From a virus (Duplodnaviria > Caudoviricetes), in the IMG/VR virus record IMGVR_UViG_3300010163_000007, positions 69,340 to 133,339 of that record: a stretch of DNA of 64,000 nucleotides; one strand, written 5' to 3'. A program made the position numbers and the translations under genes. Numbering within the stretch: the first letter of the stretch is position 1; each line of letters starts with the position of its first letter. This document shows positions 29,942 through 40,457 of this stretch, one piece after another. Under the pieces are notes generated by a model that was given only the letters and a program-made list of their open reading frames with translations, was not told the origin of the DNA and ran no database searches.

Positions 29942-31096
29942 ATGATTCGAGATGCAGTCTCTGCTCAGGTGACTGCAGCGCTAACTACAGCGGCTATCAA
30001 AGAGATGATTCGTAGTATCGGATTATACGTAGACCGAAATGCTGAGATCTTAATGACGTTGGATTTAAGCCAACGCTATTCGTTTGCGGACAATGACCGA
30101 GAGGTTATATACAAGGCCATTGGCGTCCCAGAAGCTATGATGGTGGAGAAGATCCGAGAGTCCCGCACTATCAATAAAAGTAACCGTAACCATAATAATC
30201 CGTTTTATGCGGCTTGTCTTATTGCGATGCATTTTTTGGTTAAAAAGAAAATGGACGTTGAAGCTAAGACTGTTATGACATACATGTCTCTCATGATGTA
30301 CACTTCGATACATAAGGGCTTGTATAAGTATGGGGCAAATAAACAGATTATGGACTATACAATAGCTGGATTGGATAAGAGCTATCGCATTCGCACGATG
30401 AGTTCCATTTTTGAGTTTATTAAGGATAATGCAGACGTTGCGTTTGATACCTATAAACCTAGAATTGCAACCTGCGATGACAGTGATATTACGTATGTTT
30501 CTGATGCGATATGGACAAGACTAAAAGGCAAGCTAGTGAAGATTGCAAATGCATACTATGTGAATCATAAAGAGGGGCGCTATTTGAACGCTGACAGCGA
30601 GAACATTGGAGCTGACCCGAACACCTATCGTGAAATTGATAATAACTCGTACATGGTCGATCGACTGGCGACGAAAGTCTACGTCAAGCTGTTGAATCAT
30701 CAGTTTGACGATCGGTTTATCAAGTATGCAATCACCCGCTCGGACACATCGTATCAGAAACTAAAGAATCTGATCGACGATATTATTAGTACAGATAGCA
30801 ACAACGTATGTCGCAAGTATATTGTCGCTGTAATCGAGTACTATCTGGCTATGTCTGGGAGAGGATTCGATTACATCTCCAGAGGGGATTTCATTACATA
30901 TATGAAATCCGCATATGCATCAAACACCGATAAGGAACAGATGATATATATAAAGAACACGCTGGAGGAGTGGCTGACTGAGCACATGGCAACTGCCGGG
31001 CGTGCCAATTACGGAAAAACCTCCAGCCTTGGATATAAAAAGTCTCTGTACATGTTTTTTGTATTTGTCATCAATTATGAAGCCAAAGTATCATAA
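29942..31096 (+). CDS. Hypothetical protein (late unit, near RNAP piece)
   Basis: 384 aa; AACA-ATCT-TATA at 29913-29924. Confidence 0.75.
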   Translation: MIRDAVSAQVTAALTTAAIKEMIRSIGLYVDRNAEILMTLDLSQRYSFADNDREVIYKAIGVPEAMMVEKIRESRTINKSNRNHNNPFYAACLIAMHFLVKKKMDVEAKTVMTYMSLMMYTSIHKGLYKYGANKQIMDYTIAGLDKSYRIRTMSSIFEFIKDNADVAFDTYKPRIATCDDSDITYVSDAIWTRLKGKLVKIANAYYVNHKEGRYLNADSENIGADPNTYREIDNNSYMVDRLATKVYVKLLNHQFDDRFIKYAITRSDTSYQKLKNLIDDIISTDSNNVCRKYIVAVIEYYLAMSGRGFDYISRGDFITYMKSAYASNTDKEQMIYIKNTLEEWLTEHMATAGRANYGKTSSLGYKKSLYMFFVFVINYEAKVS

Positions 31097-31107
31097 GGAG
31101 GGTCATC

Positions 31108-31338
31108 ATGGTTAATGTTAAGTTTTTGACGCCTGAGGAGAATAGCTGCTTGTATCATCTTAAAGAGGCTCAGCGTATCTTTAATGATGTATGTGAGGAA
31201 GATCCGCAGTCTCCTACAGACTCCTATAACTTCGGGCACTATGTTGATGCTGCAGTTGATGCAGTAATCATTCGTGGCGCGCGCCGAATCGATCCTGAAA
31301 ACCTACTGGCCAAAAAGAAACCTACCGGTCAGAAGTAG
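31108..31338 (+). CDS. Hypothetical protein
   Basis: AAGGAGG RBS, 76 aa. Confidence 0.65.
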   Translation: MVNVKFLTPEENSCLYHLKEAQRIFNDVCEEDPQSPTDSYNFGHYVDAAVDAVIIRGARRIDPENLLAKKKPTGQK

Positions 31339-31348
31339 GTGACTGACA

Positions 31349-32098
31349 GTGAGTGTGCGGAAAGAGCTTGAAACTGAAATCTATGATTTTATGGATGATC
31401 TCGATCCATCTGGGAAAAACACAGAGCGTATGCGGCAATTCTTCTTATCGATGTCCGATGCGCAATTTTACCGATATATGATTCGCTTTTTCAATGATGC
31501 TGATATGAATTTTACGGTCGCCTACGAGCCGTTGAATAACCCCGTTACAGTAGACTTTGCAGTCAAGATTGGCAATAAACATGGCATACCTATTATGGAG
31601 TATGTATATATGCCATACTTGACAGGTGATACAGAGAATCCGCCGGCTAGCGTGTATCCGGTTCTAGTAGTCGATGTACCGATCAAACGACTGAAGCAGA
31701 TGGTTATCAGCAAATCGCATACATCGATTAGCAACACGAAACGTGATGCGCGTACAAATCAGGTAACTGGCGATGATAAAACTGCGCGCGTAACGGACGT
31801 TGAGACCTTCTCCCTTATTGTGCAGGAGCTATATGCTACTGCAGAAGAGGAATTTGGCCCCATGTCCGACGATTCGGCCGCCATGTATGAGATGCTGCGC
31901 CTAATCCAACGAGATGGCGAAGTGTCTCTACGAGACCTGCCGAAGGACCCGACAAACCGCACAACCATGAACACGATTGAAATGTACATGCTTGCTTCTG
32001 GTCTATGCACTAACATGATCGAACAATCCGGTTATGTTTTGCCGATTACCTTGAAATCCCAGGATGAAAGATCGTCCACCATTAAGAAAGGAGTCTAA
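31349..32098 (+). CDS. Probable RNA polymerase beta C-terminal fragment (likely virion RNAP)
   Basis: RLKQMVISK...RDARTNQVTGDDKTARVTDVETFSL parallels the beta region KLxHMVxDK...TQQP..G...RFGEMEVWAL. Confidence 0.55.
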   Translation: MSVRKELETEIYDFMDDLDPSGKNTERMRQFFLSMSDAQFYRYMIRFFNDADMNFTVAYEPLNNPVTVDFAVKIGNKHGIPIMEYVYMPYLTGDTENPPASVYPVLVVDVPIKRLKQMVISKSHTSISNTKRDARTNQVTGDDKTARVTDVETFSLIVQELYATAEEEFGPMSDDSAAMYEMLRLIQRDGEVSLRDLPKDPTNRTTMNTIEMYMLASGLCTNMIEQSGYVLPITLKSQDERSSTIKKGV

Positions 32099-32101
32099 CC
32101 A

Positions 32102-32236
32102 ATGGAACAGTCGAGAGAAGAAATCATGCATGAGATGCAGAAAGAGCTTGCTGATTCTGGGAGCTTCTACTTCAACGAAGTAGCCGTTCCCGGATGCAAG
32201 CCCGACAAAGTCGACCCCGATGAGGTTGATAAGTAA
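32102..32236 (+). CDS. Small acidic protein (44 aa)
   Basis: AAAGGAG RBS; MEQSREEIMHEMQKELADSG...; followed by terminator at 32246-32278. Confidence 0.5.
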   Translation: MEQSREEIMHEMQKELADSGSFYFNEVAVPGCKPDKVDPDEVDK

Positions 32237-32338
32237 GCACAGGATGAAGCCGGTCTGGTAAAACGCCAGACCGGCTTCTACATGTAGTTTTTCTGAATAT
32301 ATATTATATCCGAGATTAACAAGGAGGTAACAAATCCA

Positions 32339-33127
32339 ATGGACTATGTAAAGACTAGACGATCAAAATCGTGGACCCATTCTTATCAAATTGATATGGC
32401 TCTATTGTTAGGAGTTTTACTGGGTACCGCACTGTCAATCATTGTGGGCATCTCATTTTTCACATATTTACAGAGAGCCCACGACAACAAGCTCATGGCT
32501 ATGAGCTCACATTATGAAAGCACAATTCAACAACTTAACGCTGCTCATGAAGAAGAGTTAAGTAGGGCAGAGGCGCAAATTTCTGAGCTTACTGCCCGAA
32601 CCTTAGAACTGGAGGAGTCTCTGGAGACTATGCAAAATCTCCATACTGCAGACTCTGGTACTATTTCAATGTGGTTAGTAAAAAAGTATATGTATGTGAT
32701 CAAAGAAGCTCCGCTAAACAAGGGTGTTACGTTAGATTTGATTGCATATAATGATCAGCTCTGTAAAGAGAAAAATGTAAATCCCCATCTGGTTTGGGCC
32801 ATTATTAACCATGAATCCAGATTTAACGCTAAAGCCTGTAATCCCGAAACAGATGCTCGGGGATTTGGGCAATTCATCCCATCAACTGCAAAGAGCGTTT
32901 ATGAAAACATGTTAAAGCTTGGATCATATACACATGATTTAGCATATGATCCATACATCAGCATTCAGCTAATTGTCGAATACCTGAGGGATATCAATAC
33001 ACGGCAAACAAATAATGTTGATGTGCTAAATGAATATGGCGGTTATACCGCAGGCCGGTACTACAGAGAGATTAAAGCGTATATGGATGCTGTAGGAACG
33101 GACGCTACGGTTACTGTATATAATTGA
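32339..33127 (+). CDS. Membrane-anchored SLT lytic transglycosylase with coiled coil
   Basis: N-terminal TM helix; AIINHESRFN (catalytic Glu), ARGFGQFIPSTA, YDPY.SI; early motif at 32298-32308. Confidence 0.85.
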   Translation: MDYVKTRRSKSWTHSYQIDMALLLGVLLGTALSIIVGISFFTYLQRAHDNKLMAMSSHYESTIQQLNAAHEEELSRAEAQISELTARTLELEESLETMQNLHTADSGTISMWLVKKYMYVIKEAPLNKGVTLDLIAYNDQLCKEKNVNPHLVWAIINHESRFNAKACNPETDARGFGQFIPSTAKSVYENMLKLGSYTHDLAYDPYISIQLIVEYLRDINTRQTNNVDVLNEYGGYTAGRYYREIKAYMDAVGTDATVTVYN

Positions 33128-33205
33128 CAAGGAGGAGATGTAGAATGACTTAGATAACTCAACTCGCAAATGTACGTCAATAAATATCGTATGGAGGTAA
33201 CGAAT

Positions 33206-33925
33206 ATGGATAGGGCAAATATGGATAATGGCATTTGGAACTTTGCGAACACGTGTAAGACGTTAGAGGAAATTTACAAGTATTTCCCTGGCCTTATGGG
33301 CGACGCTCTCTTGCTGGATGGTTGGCCAAGAGATCCTGCGTCGCTCGGGGTTGGTCTGGAGTTTGTATCTATGGACCATATCGGTGACGAAGGGCCGGAG
33401 AGCATGCAGCTATATGTCCGTGATGCACCAATCCAATGGGCAACTCTACCTGCGCTGGCACAGGTTGCCAGGTATCAGATATGTGAGCGTTTGGGCACAG
33501 AGTCGGCGGAGGATCTGGTTCCGTTCATGCTTGCAAGAGACTATACCGACGAGGACAATGAAGAGACACTGCTTATTCACGCATGCGGCGCGCGCGAGTG
33601 GCTTAATTGCATGCACTTGGCCGCTGGCAGCCAGCTCCTGCAGATACTGCACGGGGACAATTTAAGGATCATGCACCGGAATGTTAAGCAGAGCTTCTAT
33701 ATTGGAGTGGTCTATGGCAAGTGCCTTCACAAAGCCATGGTTGTTGAAGTTAAGGGTCTGGATAACTTCTGTTCTGAAGTTAAGGAACATGTTAAAAACG
33801 GAGATACTCCCATGATTCTCTTATGGGCGGGAGACAATCTCCATAGAGCGACGATTTATTGGTTCTATGACAGGATGTATAATCAAGTGCCGAATACTAT
33901 GCAGAGCAAACGCACCGATGATTGA
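33206..33925 (+). CDS. Hypothetical protein
   Basis: GGAGG RBS, 239 aa. Confidence 0.65.
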   Translation: MDRANMDNGIWNFANTCKTLEEIYKYFPGLMGDALLLDGWPRDPASLGVGLEFVSMDHIGDEGPESMQLYVRDAPIQWATLPALAQVARYQICERLGTESAEDLVPFMLARDYTDEDNEETLLIHACGAREWLNCMHLAAGSQLLQILHGDNLRIMHRNVKQSFYIGVVYGKCLHKAMVVEVKGLDNFCSEVKEHVKNGDTPMILLWAGDNLHRATIYWFYDRMYNQVPNTMQSKRTDD

Positions 33926-33939
33926 TAAGGAGGAAAATT

Positions 33940-35100
33940 ATGTCTATCGAAAACGAGAACATCAGGGAGAATGAGAACATGGAAACTGCGCCGAGCGTTA
34001 AACGTACTCGCCGGTTTATGCTCATTGGCGTCGGCGACGGCGGATGCAACATCGCAGATACGATTCATACCGCAATCCCTGACAGCTACTTCATCGCTTA
34101 CAACACATCCATGAGAGCGACGGACAAGAGACATCCTAATGTGAAAATTGTGCCCTACGACGAAGACGGCACTGGCAAGGACCGGACATATTCTCAGAAT
34201 GTGTTCCGGCAGGGTTCATATCGTGATCTTCTGAGACTGGTCAACGAAGTCCAGGCTTTACCGAAGACTGCGTGCGATTATGTCATGGTGATCGCCACGT
34301 GCGATGGTGGAACCGGAGGAGGCGTATCTCCTATGATGACGAAGTACCTGAAGGACAATATCGAAATTCCGGTTCTACTGATGGGCGTATATCCAAACCT
34401 GCAAGAGGATGCCACTGCGCAATATAACGCAATGCAGTGGCAGGGTGAAGTCGAGAAGCACGAGTTGGCATATCTGGTATTGGACAACAACAGCGCGCTG
34501 ACACGAATGGAGTATCAGGCCCAGGTAAACAAGCAGGCTGCAGATATTATGAAGCTGCTGTCCGGGCAAATGTTCGGGGAGACTGATCTGGCACAGATCG
34601 ATAACCGAGACATGTATACTCTCTTAACCCACTTCCCTGGGCGCATCACGGTTCACTTCGGTACGACGAAGCCGGCAGTCAATAGCTCGATTGGCAGTTA
34701 TCTGCTCAACCTGTTCCCGCTATGGAATGAGCCTGCGCCCACAAATGCCAGAGGTTACGGGCTCTTCATAAAGGCACCGGAGGCGGTGCTGAAGGCGGCT
34801 GACACTACTATCGAAGAGGTTCGCAACGAAGTTGGCGATGTGGTTGTCCAGTATACACATCTGGAACCATCTGACAATGATGTGGCGATTGCACTCATCT
34901 GTGTAGGATGTACTGAGGCCAGCGACCGGATTGGCAGTATTTGGGCCAGGTATGACGAGATTCGGTTTAACATGAGGGATAATGCCAAAGGAGCCGTAAC
35001 ACGATATCTGGATGATATGGTTTCACCTATGGCTGCCGCCAGCGCGCCCGTTCGAAAAGACCCGGCATCAGAACCGGATCTCTCTGCCCTGGGACTTTAA
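33940..35100 (+). CDS. Tubulin/FtsZ-family GTPase (PhuZ/TubZ-like)
   Basis: LIGVGDGGCNIA, GTGKDR, GGTGGG, LVLDN, IDNRD. Confidence 0.88.
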   Translation: MSIENENIRENENMETAPSVKRTRRFMLIGVGDGGCNIADTIHTAIPDSYFIAYNTSMRATDKRHPNVKIVPYDEDGTGKDRTYSQNVFRQGSYRDLLRLVNEVQALPKTACDYVMVIATCDGGTGGGVSPMMTKYLKDNIEIPVLLMGVYPNLQEDATAQYNAMQWQGEVEKHELAYLVLDNNSALTRMEYQAQVNKQAADIMKLLSGQMFGETDLAQIDNRDMYTLLTHFPGRITVHFGTTKPAVNSSIGSYLLNLFPLWNEPAPTNARGYGLFIKAPEAVLKAADTTIEEVRNEVGDVVVQYTHLEPSDNDVAIALICVGCTEASDRIGSIWARYDEIRFNMRDNAKGAVTRYLDDMVSPMAAASAPVRKDPASEPDLSALGL

Positions 35101-35120
35101 TTTGGATTGGAGGGTTGACT

Positions 35121-35279
35121 ATGCAACCGACTTCTATCATGGCGAAATATGAGGCGTTGAAGCGCGACGCCGACAACATTGAGGACGAAGACGACAGACT
35201 CGCCTATACCACTAAAATGCTGCAGGCATTTACAGCTGACGAGCTGCGGGAAATTGCCCTCAATGTTGCTGGAAAATAA
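35121..35279 (+). CDS. Small hypothetical protein (52 aa)
   Basis: GGAGGG RBS; MQPTSIMAKYEALKRD...; terminator at 35291-35327. Confidence 0.55.
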   Translation: MQPTSIMAKYEALKRDADNIEDEDDRLAYTTKMLQAFTADELREIALNVAGK

Positions 35280-35375
35280 GATAGGTGGGAACAAATGCGA
35301 CCGGGTCACTCCGGTCGCATTTGTTTTCTAATATTCTAGTCACATAACTATATAGACTGAAAGGAAGTGCTAGTT

Positions 35376-36500
35376 ATGGCCAAGACGAAAACGAAGGCTA
35401 CTAAAGCATCTAAGCCCGAGCAAACAGCTGATATCTGCACAGTCAATATAATTGACAAGCATCTTGCTATCCAAATCAACGAGTGCAATATCCTGACCTT
35501 CAAACTGCGCAAGAACAAGATCAATCTGAAGTCATATTTCCTGGAGCATCAACAAAACGCTATGCTCTACGGGAAATATGCGCGGCTTCTGGATCGGATG
35601 GTGTTTCTTGCCATCTGTTCCAACATCGCACGGGATGTATATGAAGGACTGCATGATTCCAAAATTATGTCAGGCATTGCCGGTGTATGGGATGAGTATA
35701 CGATCTATAATATCGCAGCTGCAGCCATCAATATTATGACTGTTACTGACACTGGAGACGAGTATTTCACTTATGCTCAGTATAAACAGCTGAGCCAAGC
35801 GGAACTTGATAAACTCAATCCCGAGTGCTATATGGCTATGTCCGAGTATACTCCCAGCAAGTTCTATAACGTGTATATGGGCCTGCAGGTATTTGTTGTT
35901 GATACTATAATGGGTATCATGGCAAAGGAAATACCCACCCTGCTGCAGCATCCAAGTGCTGTAACCGACAATCAGCATATCACACTGGTTGTCAGACGCT
36001 CTATTGCACTGTCTGATCAGGAGAGAGCGGCATGGAGGTCCAGCTTCAATATGGGAGCAGTTGCGACTGATAATATGGTCGTCGATTTCAGCCGGCAGAT
36101 TGAGAAACCCTTGCTGCTGGCTACAGCGAATATGCTCAGGTCAGCTGGGCTATCCGACGGGGTTGTAGGAGTTATGCTGTATGCCACACAGGTACATGTC
36201 CTGTTTGGTAAGCTTGACGGTAAAACGCTGCGACATGTTCCGATCGAGATCCTTATGGTCTGTAAGAGCAATACGAACCTGAAGGTTAGCTATAAGTCTA
36301 CAGTTGGCGAAGAGTTTGCAATCTTCACCAGTGCAGATCTAGCGATAAGCCGGGAAGAGAGATATGGACAGCACATGCGGGCGTTTTTGACTAAGCTACT
36401 CGACTACACGGTTGCGGTTGTTTCCGAGACGGGACGCCGCAACACTAAAGCAGCGCAGGACATGCTATCCAAGGTAACAGATGATACACTCTCCGAATGA
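35376..36500 (+). CDS. Hypothetical protein
   Basis: 374 aa; CACA-TAAC-TATA upstream. Confidence 0.7.
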   Translation: MAKTKTKATKASKPEQTADICTVNIIDKHLAIQINECNILTFKLRKNKINLKSYFLEHQQNAMLYGKYARLLDRMVFLAICSNIARDVYEGLHDSKIMSGIAGVWDEYTIYNIAAAAINIMTVTDTGDEYFTYAQYKQLSQAELDKLNPECYMAMSEYTPSKFYNVYMGLQVFVVDTIMGIMAKEIPTLLQHPSAVTDNQHITLVVRRSIALSDQERAAWRSSFNMGAVATDNMVVDFSRQIEKPLLLATANMLRSAGLSDGVVGVMLYATQVHVLFGKLDGKTLRHVPIEILMVCKSNTNLKVSYKSTVGEEFAIFTSADLAISREERYGQHMRAFLTKLLDYTVAVVSETGRRNTKAAQDMLSKVTDDTLSE

Positions 36501-36575
36501 TCAGCACATTTTGCGTATATATTATAGCTATGTGCAAGGAGGAAATCACTGTAACAAATTATAAGGAGGTTTGAC

Positions 36576-37526
36576 ATGAGCAAAAACAATGGCGGAGATT
36601 TTAACAATCTTGCCGCCAAGCGGTTCAAGATGATTGACAAGGTGGATTTAATGCCACAGGAGGATATCTATGATATTCTCTCGTCGGACATTGATACGAT
36701 CCTTGATCAGGTCACGCAGCATCGAACATCCCACGGGAGATATCCTAAGTATCTTCCCAATGCATTCGCAAATATCAGTACGCCACAGTGGTTCTATAAG
36801 TATATTATGGACCACATCACGGTCAAGAAAGGCCGGAAGATTAAATCTGACCTCAGCCCTGATGAGGTCGAGTCTCTGCGGTTCATTATGGCCGACATCT
36901 ACAAGAAATCCTTGACCAACTACTACCAGTATCAAACGTTGGAGTTTGAGCCAAGGATGAAGTACTTGTCCAAGGCCTTCGTCCATCTATGCCCGGACCA
37001 GTATAAGCTCGCCAAGAAACTTGGGCTGAACGCCAGTAAGACCAGAGAACTGATCATTCAGGTATACGGAGATCCCGTGCAGAATATGAAATATGTATGC
37101 CGGATCTTCGATGAGAGCAACCTCTCGGACAAGAAGAAGCTGAAACTTCTCAAGAAACTCTATGGGAAGCAGCGGTTCGTCCGGGCCGTTGGAGCGGCGA
37201 TGACAATCAGCAAGAATGACTCGGACTGCATCGCGATGCTGTTCGATCTCATGATGTCTAAGAAGCCCAAGAAGAGAGCTCCGTATCTCTTGGCGTATGC
37301 ACGGGCATTCAAGGCGAACAAGACCTACAACTTCAGAATGTCCGAGCAGGAGAGCTACCAGAAGAACAAGAAGCTCTTTAAGGGACTTGGCCAGTGCGAC
37401 AAAGGCTTCGTAAAATCCTACAAGGTACTGAAGCCTAAAAAGGGCGCAGCCAACTTGCTGCTGGATCATAAAGGTTCCAAGCCCCGCAACAAGGATGGAA
37501 GAGACGACAGGAGGAACAAGGGTTGA
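36576..37526 (+). CDS. Basic early hypothetical protein
   Basis: Early motif at 36516-36526; AAGGAGG RBS; Lys-rich. Confidence 0.75.
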   Translation: MSKNNGGDFNNLAAKRFKMIDKVDLMPQEDIYDILSSDIDTILDQVTQHRTSHGRYPKYLPNAFANISTPQWFYKYIMDHITVKKGRKIKSDLSPDEVESLRFIMADIYKKSLTNYYQYQTLEFEPRMKYLSKAFVHLCPDQYKLAKKLGLNASKTRELIIQVYGDPVQNMKYVCRIFDESNLSDKKKLKLLKKLYGKQRFVRAVGAAMTISKNDSDCIAMLFDLMMSKKPKKRAPYLLAYARAFKANKTYNFRMSEQESYQKNKKLFKGLGQCDKGFVKSYKVLKPKKGAANLLLDHKGSKPRNKDGRDDRRNKG

Positions 37527-37587
37527 ACACGGGGAGGAGGGGAATTCCCCTCCTCCCTATTCTTTTCTGGAGGGAGCTGCAAACCTT

Positions 37588-38046
37588 ATGACTGAGGATA
37601 CCCAGCATTTTCTAGTTTCTATTATTGTATTTTCAGCAGTTGTTCTTGTGGCTTATTTTATCTATGTATTTTACCAGTGGAGAGTAATCCTTAAATATAT
37701 CCACAACGGGAGGCGTTATATACATAATACATTCAAAGAGTTTGTCGCGCACTACAAGGCGAATCCAACTCGATACGAAATCTATAATACACTGTATCAT
37801 GACCAGGTCGCAACGATGATCGATCCAAGCTACCACCTCGAAAGCATGCCAGATGACTGGGCGCGCGACAATGAGAAGGCCTTGATATGGATAAGATTCT
37901 CATACTTCGACTACTTCAAATTTCGCATCTGGGCCAAGATCGCGAAGTCAGCCGCATGGAGCAGCGCGAAGACAAATTTGTCTGAGAAGGAGTATTCTCG
38001 AATCATGAACATCATTGTCGACGATTTTGAGAATAAAGAGCCCTGA
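37588..38046 (+). CDS. Membrane-anchored hypothetical protein
   Basis: N-terminal hydrophobic helix FLVSIIVFSAVVLVAYFIYVFY. Confidence 0.65.
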   Translation: MTEDTQHFLVSIIVFSAVVLVAYFIYVFYQWRVILKYIHNGRRYIHNTFKEFVAHYKANPTRYEIYNTLYHDQVATMIDPSYHLESMPDDWARDNEKALIWIRFSYFDYFKFRIWAKIAKSAAWSSAKTNLSEKEYSRIMNIIVDDFENKEP

Positions 38047-38145
38047 CGGCCCTTCCTACGCGCAAAAAGAAATAGGGTCGAGAGGCCCTATTTCTTTTCT
38101 ATTCTCTATGCTACATGCATATACATTATTAAGGGAGGGCGTAAA

Positions 38146-39564
38146 ATGCATGACTTCCTAGATTATCTTTATGATAATATGGACAAGAAGAATCCGCTGC
38201 AAGTGGCATCCAGCATGCCGCAGTACCCTACTGGATTCATGTACTTGGACTACGGCAACGGCAGCTACATGAACGTCTATGATGACGATGAGGTGCCGCT
38301 CTATACCTTTCATAACATAGGAATTCCCCAGGGTTCTGTAAACGTCCTGATCTCAAAATCATCAGGTGGTAAAACGACTCTCGGTACCGAGATGGCTATG
38401 GCAATCGTTGAACCCTATATCTCAACAATGTTGTATCAACGAGCATTGACAGATGTCCGGAAATTGCTTCCTCCCAAAACCAAGGTGCCGGAACAAGATG
38501 CGTTTCCTCTCATTCAAATTCTCGATACTGAGAAAACCCTGCCAATCGATTATGTGAAACGCCTGACTCGGTATAAAAATAGAATACTGAAAAAGGTTGT
38601 TACGATCAATCAGATTACCACAGACAAAGATCTAATTGTAGCATTGGAGACACATGTCCGCTTTAAGGTAGAGCATATGAGCCCGACTATCATGCCAATG
38701 CTTGATCTGTTTGGTAAACCGATTTGGTGCTACCCACCAACAGCTCTGATTATAGACTCTATGTCTCAGTTGTTGCTTGAAGAGGTAGATGATCCTATGA
38801 CTATCAAGGCTGGCAAGAAAGGAAGTATGCGGGATCTTTATGAATCTGCAACAAAGGGCCCGGCTGGAGCGCAGCGTGCAAAGGTGATCTCTGCGCTGTA
38901 CAGTCAACTTGTCAACTACGCCAAGCGGTATAACATCATCATCTTCTCTATCAACCATATCAATAAGATGCCGTCTATTATGGGCATTCCAGTAAAGCAG
39001 TATCGTGGTCTTCGTGCTGGCGAGACCATCGGTGGAGGAGAGCGCGCGATCTATCTAGCGTCTGATATCCTGAGATTGGATGTCATTAAAAGTATTGGTG
39101 GAAAAACAGCCTCTTCTCTGCAGCTTGGCGATGGGGTAACCGGTCATGTAGCGATCGCCACATGGATCAAGTCCAAATCGAACTCTAAGTCCAATTCATG
39201 TCAGTTGGTATATACGAATGATGGCGGATATAACCAGCTATTGTCTTCTCTCTACTTTGGCAAAGAGACTGGGGACTTAGCGAAGAGCGGGAACTACCTC
39301 TACGTCAATGGATGCCCCGAGTACAAGTTCACGCTGAAGAATTATACAGATGTGTTTGGCGATCACCCGGAGCTCTTCTCCAGATACTATGACCAGCTGC
39401 GGGATCGATGCGCGCTGCTATTAGACAACCCAGATAAGGCTGCGGAACATGACCGGCAGCTGATGGAAGCTATTCGGGATGATATCCATAATGACGAGGA
39501 CTATAGTATGAGCGATGCCATGGATATAGACGATGTCTTTGCAGATCTTCTAAATTCCAATTAA
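38146..39564 (+). CDS. RecA/UvsX-like recombinase
   Basis: PTGFMYLD, SKSSGGKTT, LDTEK, LIIDS, IFSINH, GGG.RAIY. Confidence 0.85.
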   Translation: MHDFLDYLYDNMDKKNPLQVASSMPQYPTGFMYLDYGNGSYMNVYDDDEVPLYTFHNIGIPQGSVNVLISKSSGGKTTLGTEMAMAIVEPYISTMLYQRALTDVRKLLPPKTKVPEQDAFPLIQILDTEKTLPIDYVKRLTRYKNRILKKVVTINQITTDKDLIVALETHVRFKVEHMSPTIMPMLDLFGKPIWCYPPTALIIDSMSQLLLEEVDDPMTIKAGKKGSMRDLYESATKGPAGAQRAKVISALYSQLVNYAKRYNIIIFSINHINKMPSIMGIPVKQYRGLRAGETIGGGERAIYLASDILRLDVIKSIGGKTASSLQLGDGVTGHVAIATWIKSKSNSKSNSCQLVYTNDGGYNQLLSSLYFGKETGDLAKSGNYLYVNGCPEYKFTLKNYTDVFGDHPELFSRYYDQLRDRCALLLDNPDKAAEHDRQLMEAIRDDIHNDEDYSMSDAMDIDDVFADLLNSN

Positions 39565-39770
39565 CTTGTAATAAGACTACTAAGAACGAACCAAGGGAGC
39601 GTGTTCACGTCGAGACAAAATCCAGTTGTAGCCCTTCTGGATATCCCGGGCTGGTAGAACGTCTCTAGTTCATAAACATAACACAAGATACAGCCAGGGT
39701 TGCCCTGGCTGTATCTTGCTGGTAGTGCCGCTTGCCTATATACTATACATATAGAAAAGGAGGCGGCATA

Positions 39771-40457
39771 ATGAAACTTCTTACGTTAGATGAAATGGTA
39801 GCGATCACAACTGACATGTTCGATCAGTATGTAGAGCCAGTTGCGCTATCGTTGATGTCTGGAGAAGTTCCAAGTTCAACTTTTGCAATCCATCGGTCAG
39901 GCACTCGAGATAAGGATTGGTTAGCCAGAGTGAGGTTTAAAAATACCGTTACAATTTCAGTGTTTCGATGCGATGTTTATCTGGACGATGTTATGATGCT
40001 GTGCAGAATGTGTAAGATGTTTCTGGTTACACCCGAAGTCTTTCGCGTTGCCGTAACATTTTCAATGTTATATCCACTGTACCAGACTCAGCACATGAAC
40101 TTTAGTACCGATGTAAACAGCGATTATGATTCAATGATGGCCGGTGCAGGCAAGGCCACGTACACGTTTATGAGCCGGCATTTTGCAATGTCTTCAATAC
40201 ACGAGCAAGACATTTTAGATATACTGTACTATCGATCTATGACCTTTATCAACTGCTATAAGTATGCGCCAAAAGGTATTAGAGTTGGCGACTTAATAGA
40301 GGACTTGACAGAACGGTATATATATTATATGAGGGAGCACCACAAAGATGCTTATCGAACTGCTAGATATTATAAGGCTCGTACAAATCTTGTAAATGAG
40401 GAGGGTTATGTTATTTTAGAGCCTATAACCAAAGGAGGTATGTCCTATGAGCAGTAA
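39771..40457 (+). CDS. Hypothetical early protein coupled to the RNAP gene
   Basis: Early motif at 39737-39747; AAGGAGG RBS. Confidence 0.7.
   Translation: MKLLTLDEMVAITTDMFDQYVEPVALSLMSGEVPSSTFAIHRSGTRDKDWLARVRFKNTVTISVFRCDVYLDDVMMLCRMCKMFLVTPEVFRVAVTFSMLYPLYQTQHMNFSTDVNSDYDSMMAGAGKATYTFMSRHFAMSSIHEQDILDILYYRSMTFINCYKYAPKGIRVGDLIEDLTERYIYYMREHHKDAYRTARYYKARTNLVNEEGYVILEPITKGGMSYEQ

Noticed and set aside
33129-33153. Strong RBS followed by ATG-TAG / ATG-ACT-TAG minigene
   Set aside because: Could be a decayed gene start or chance; no further support.
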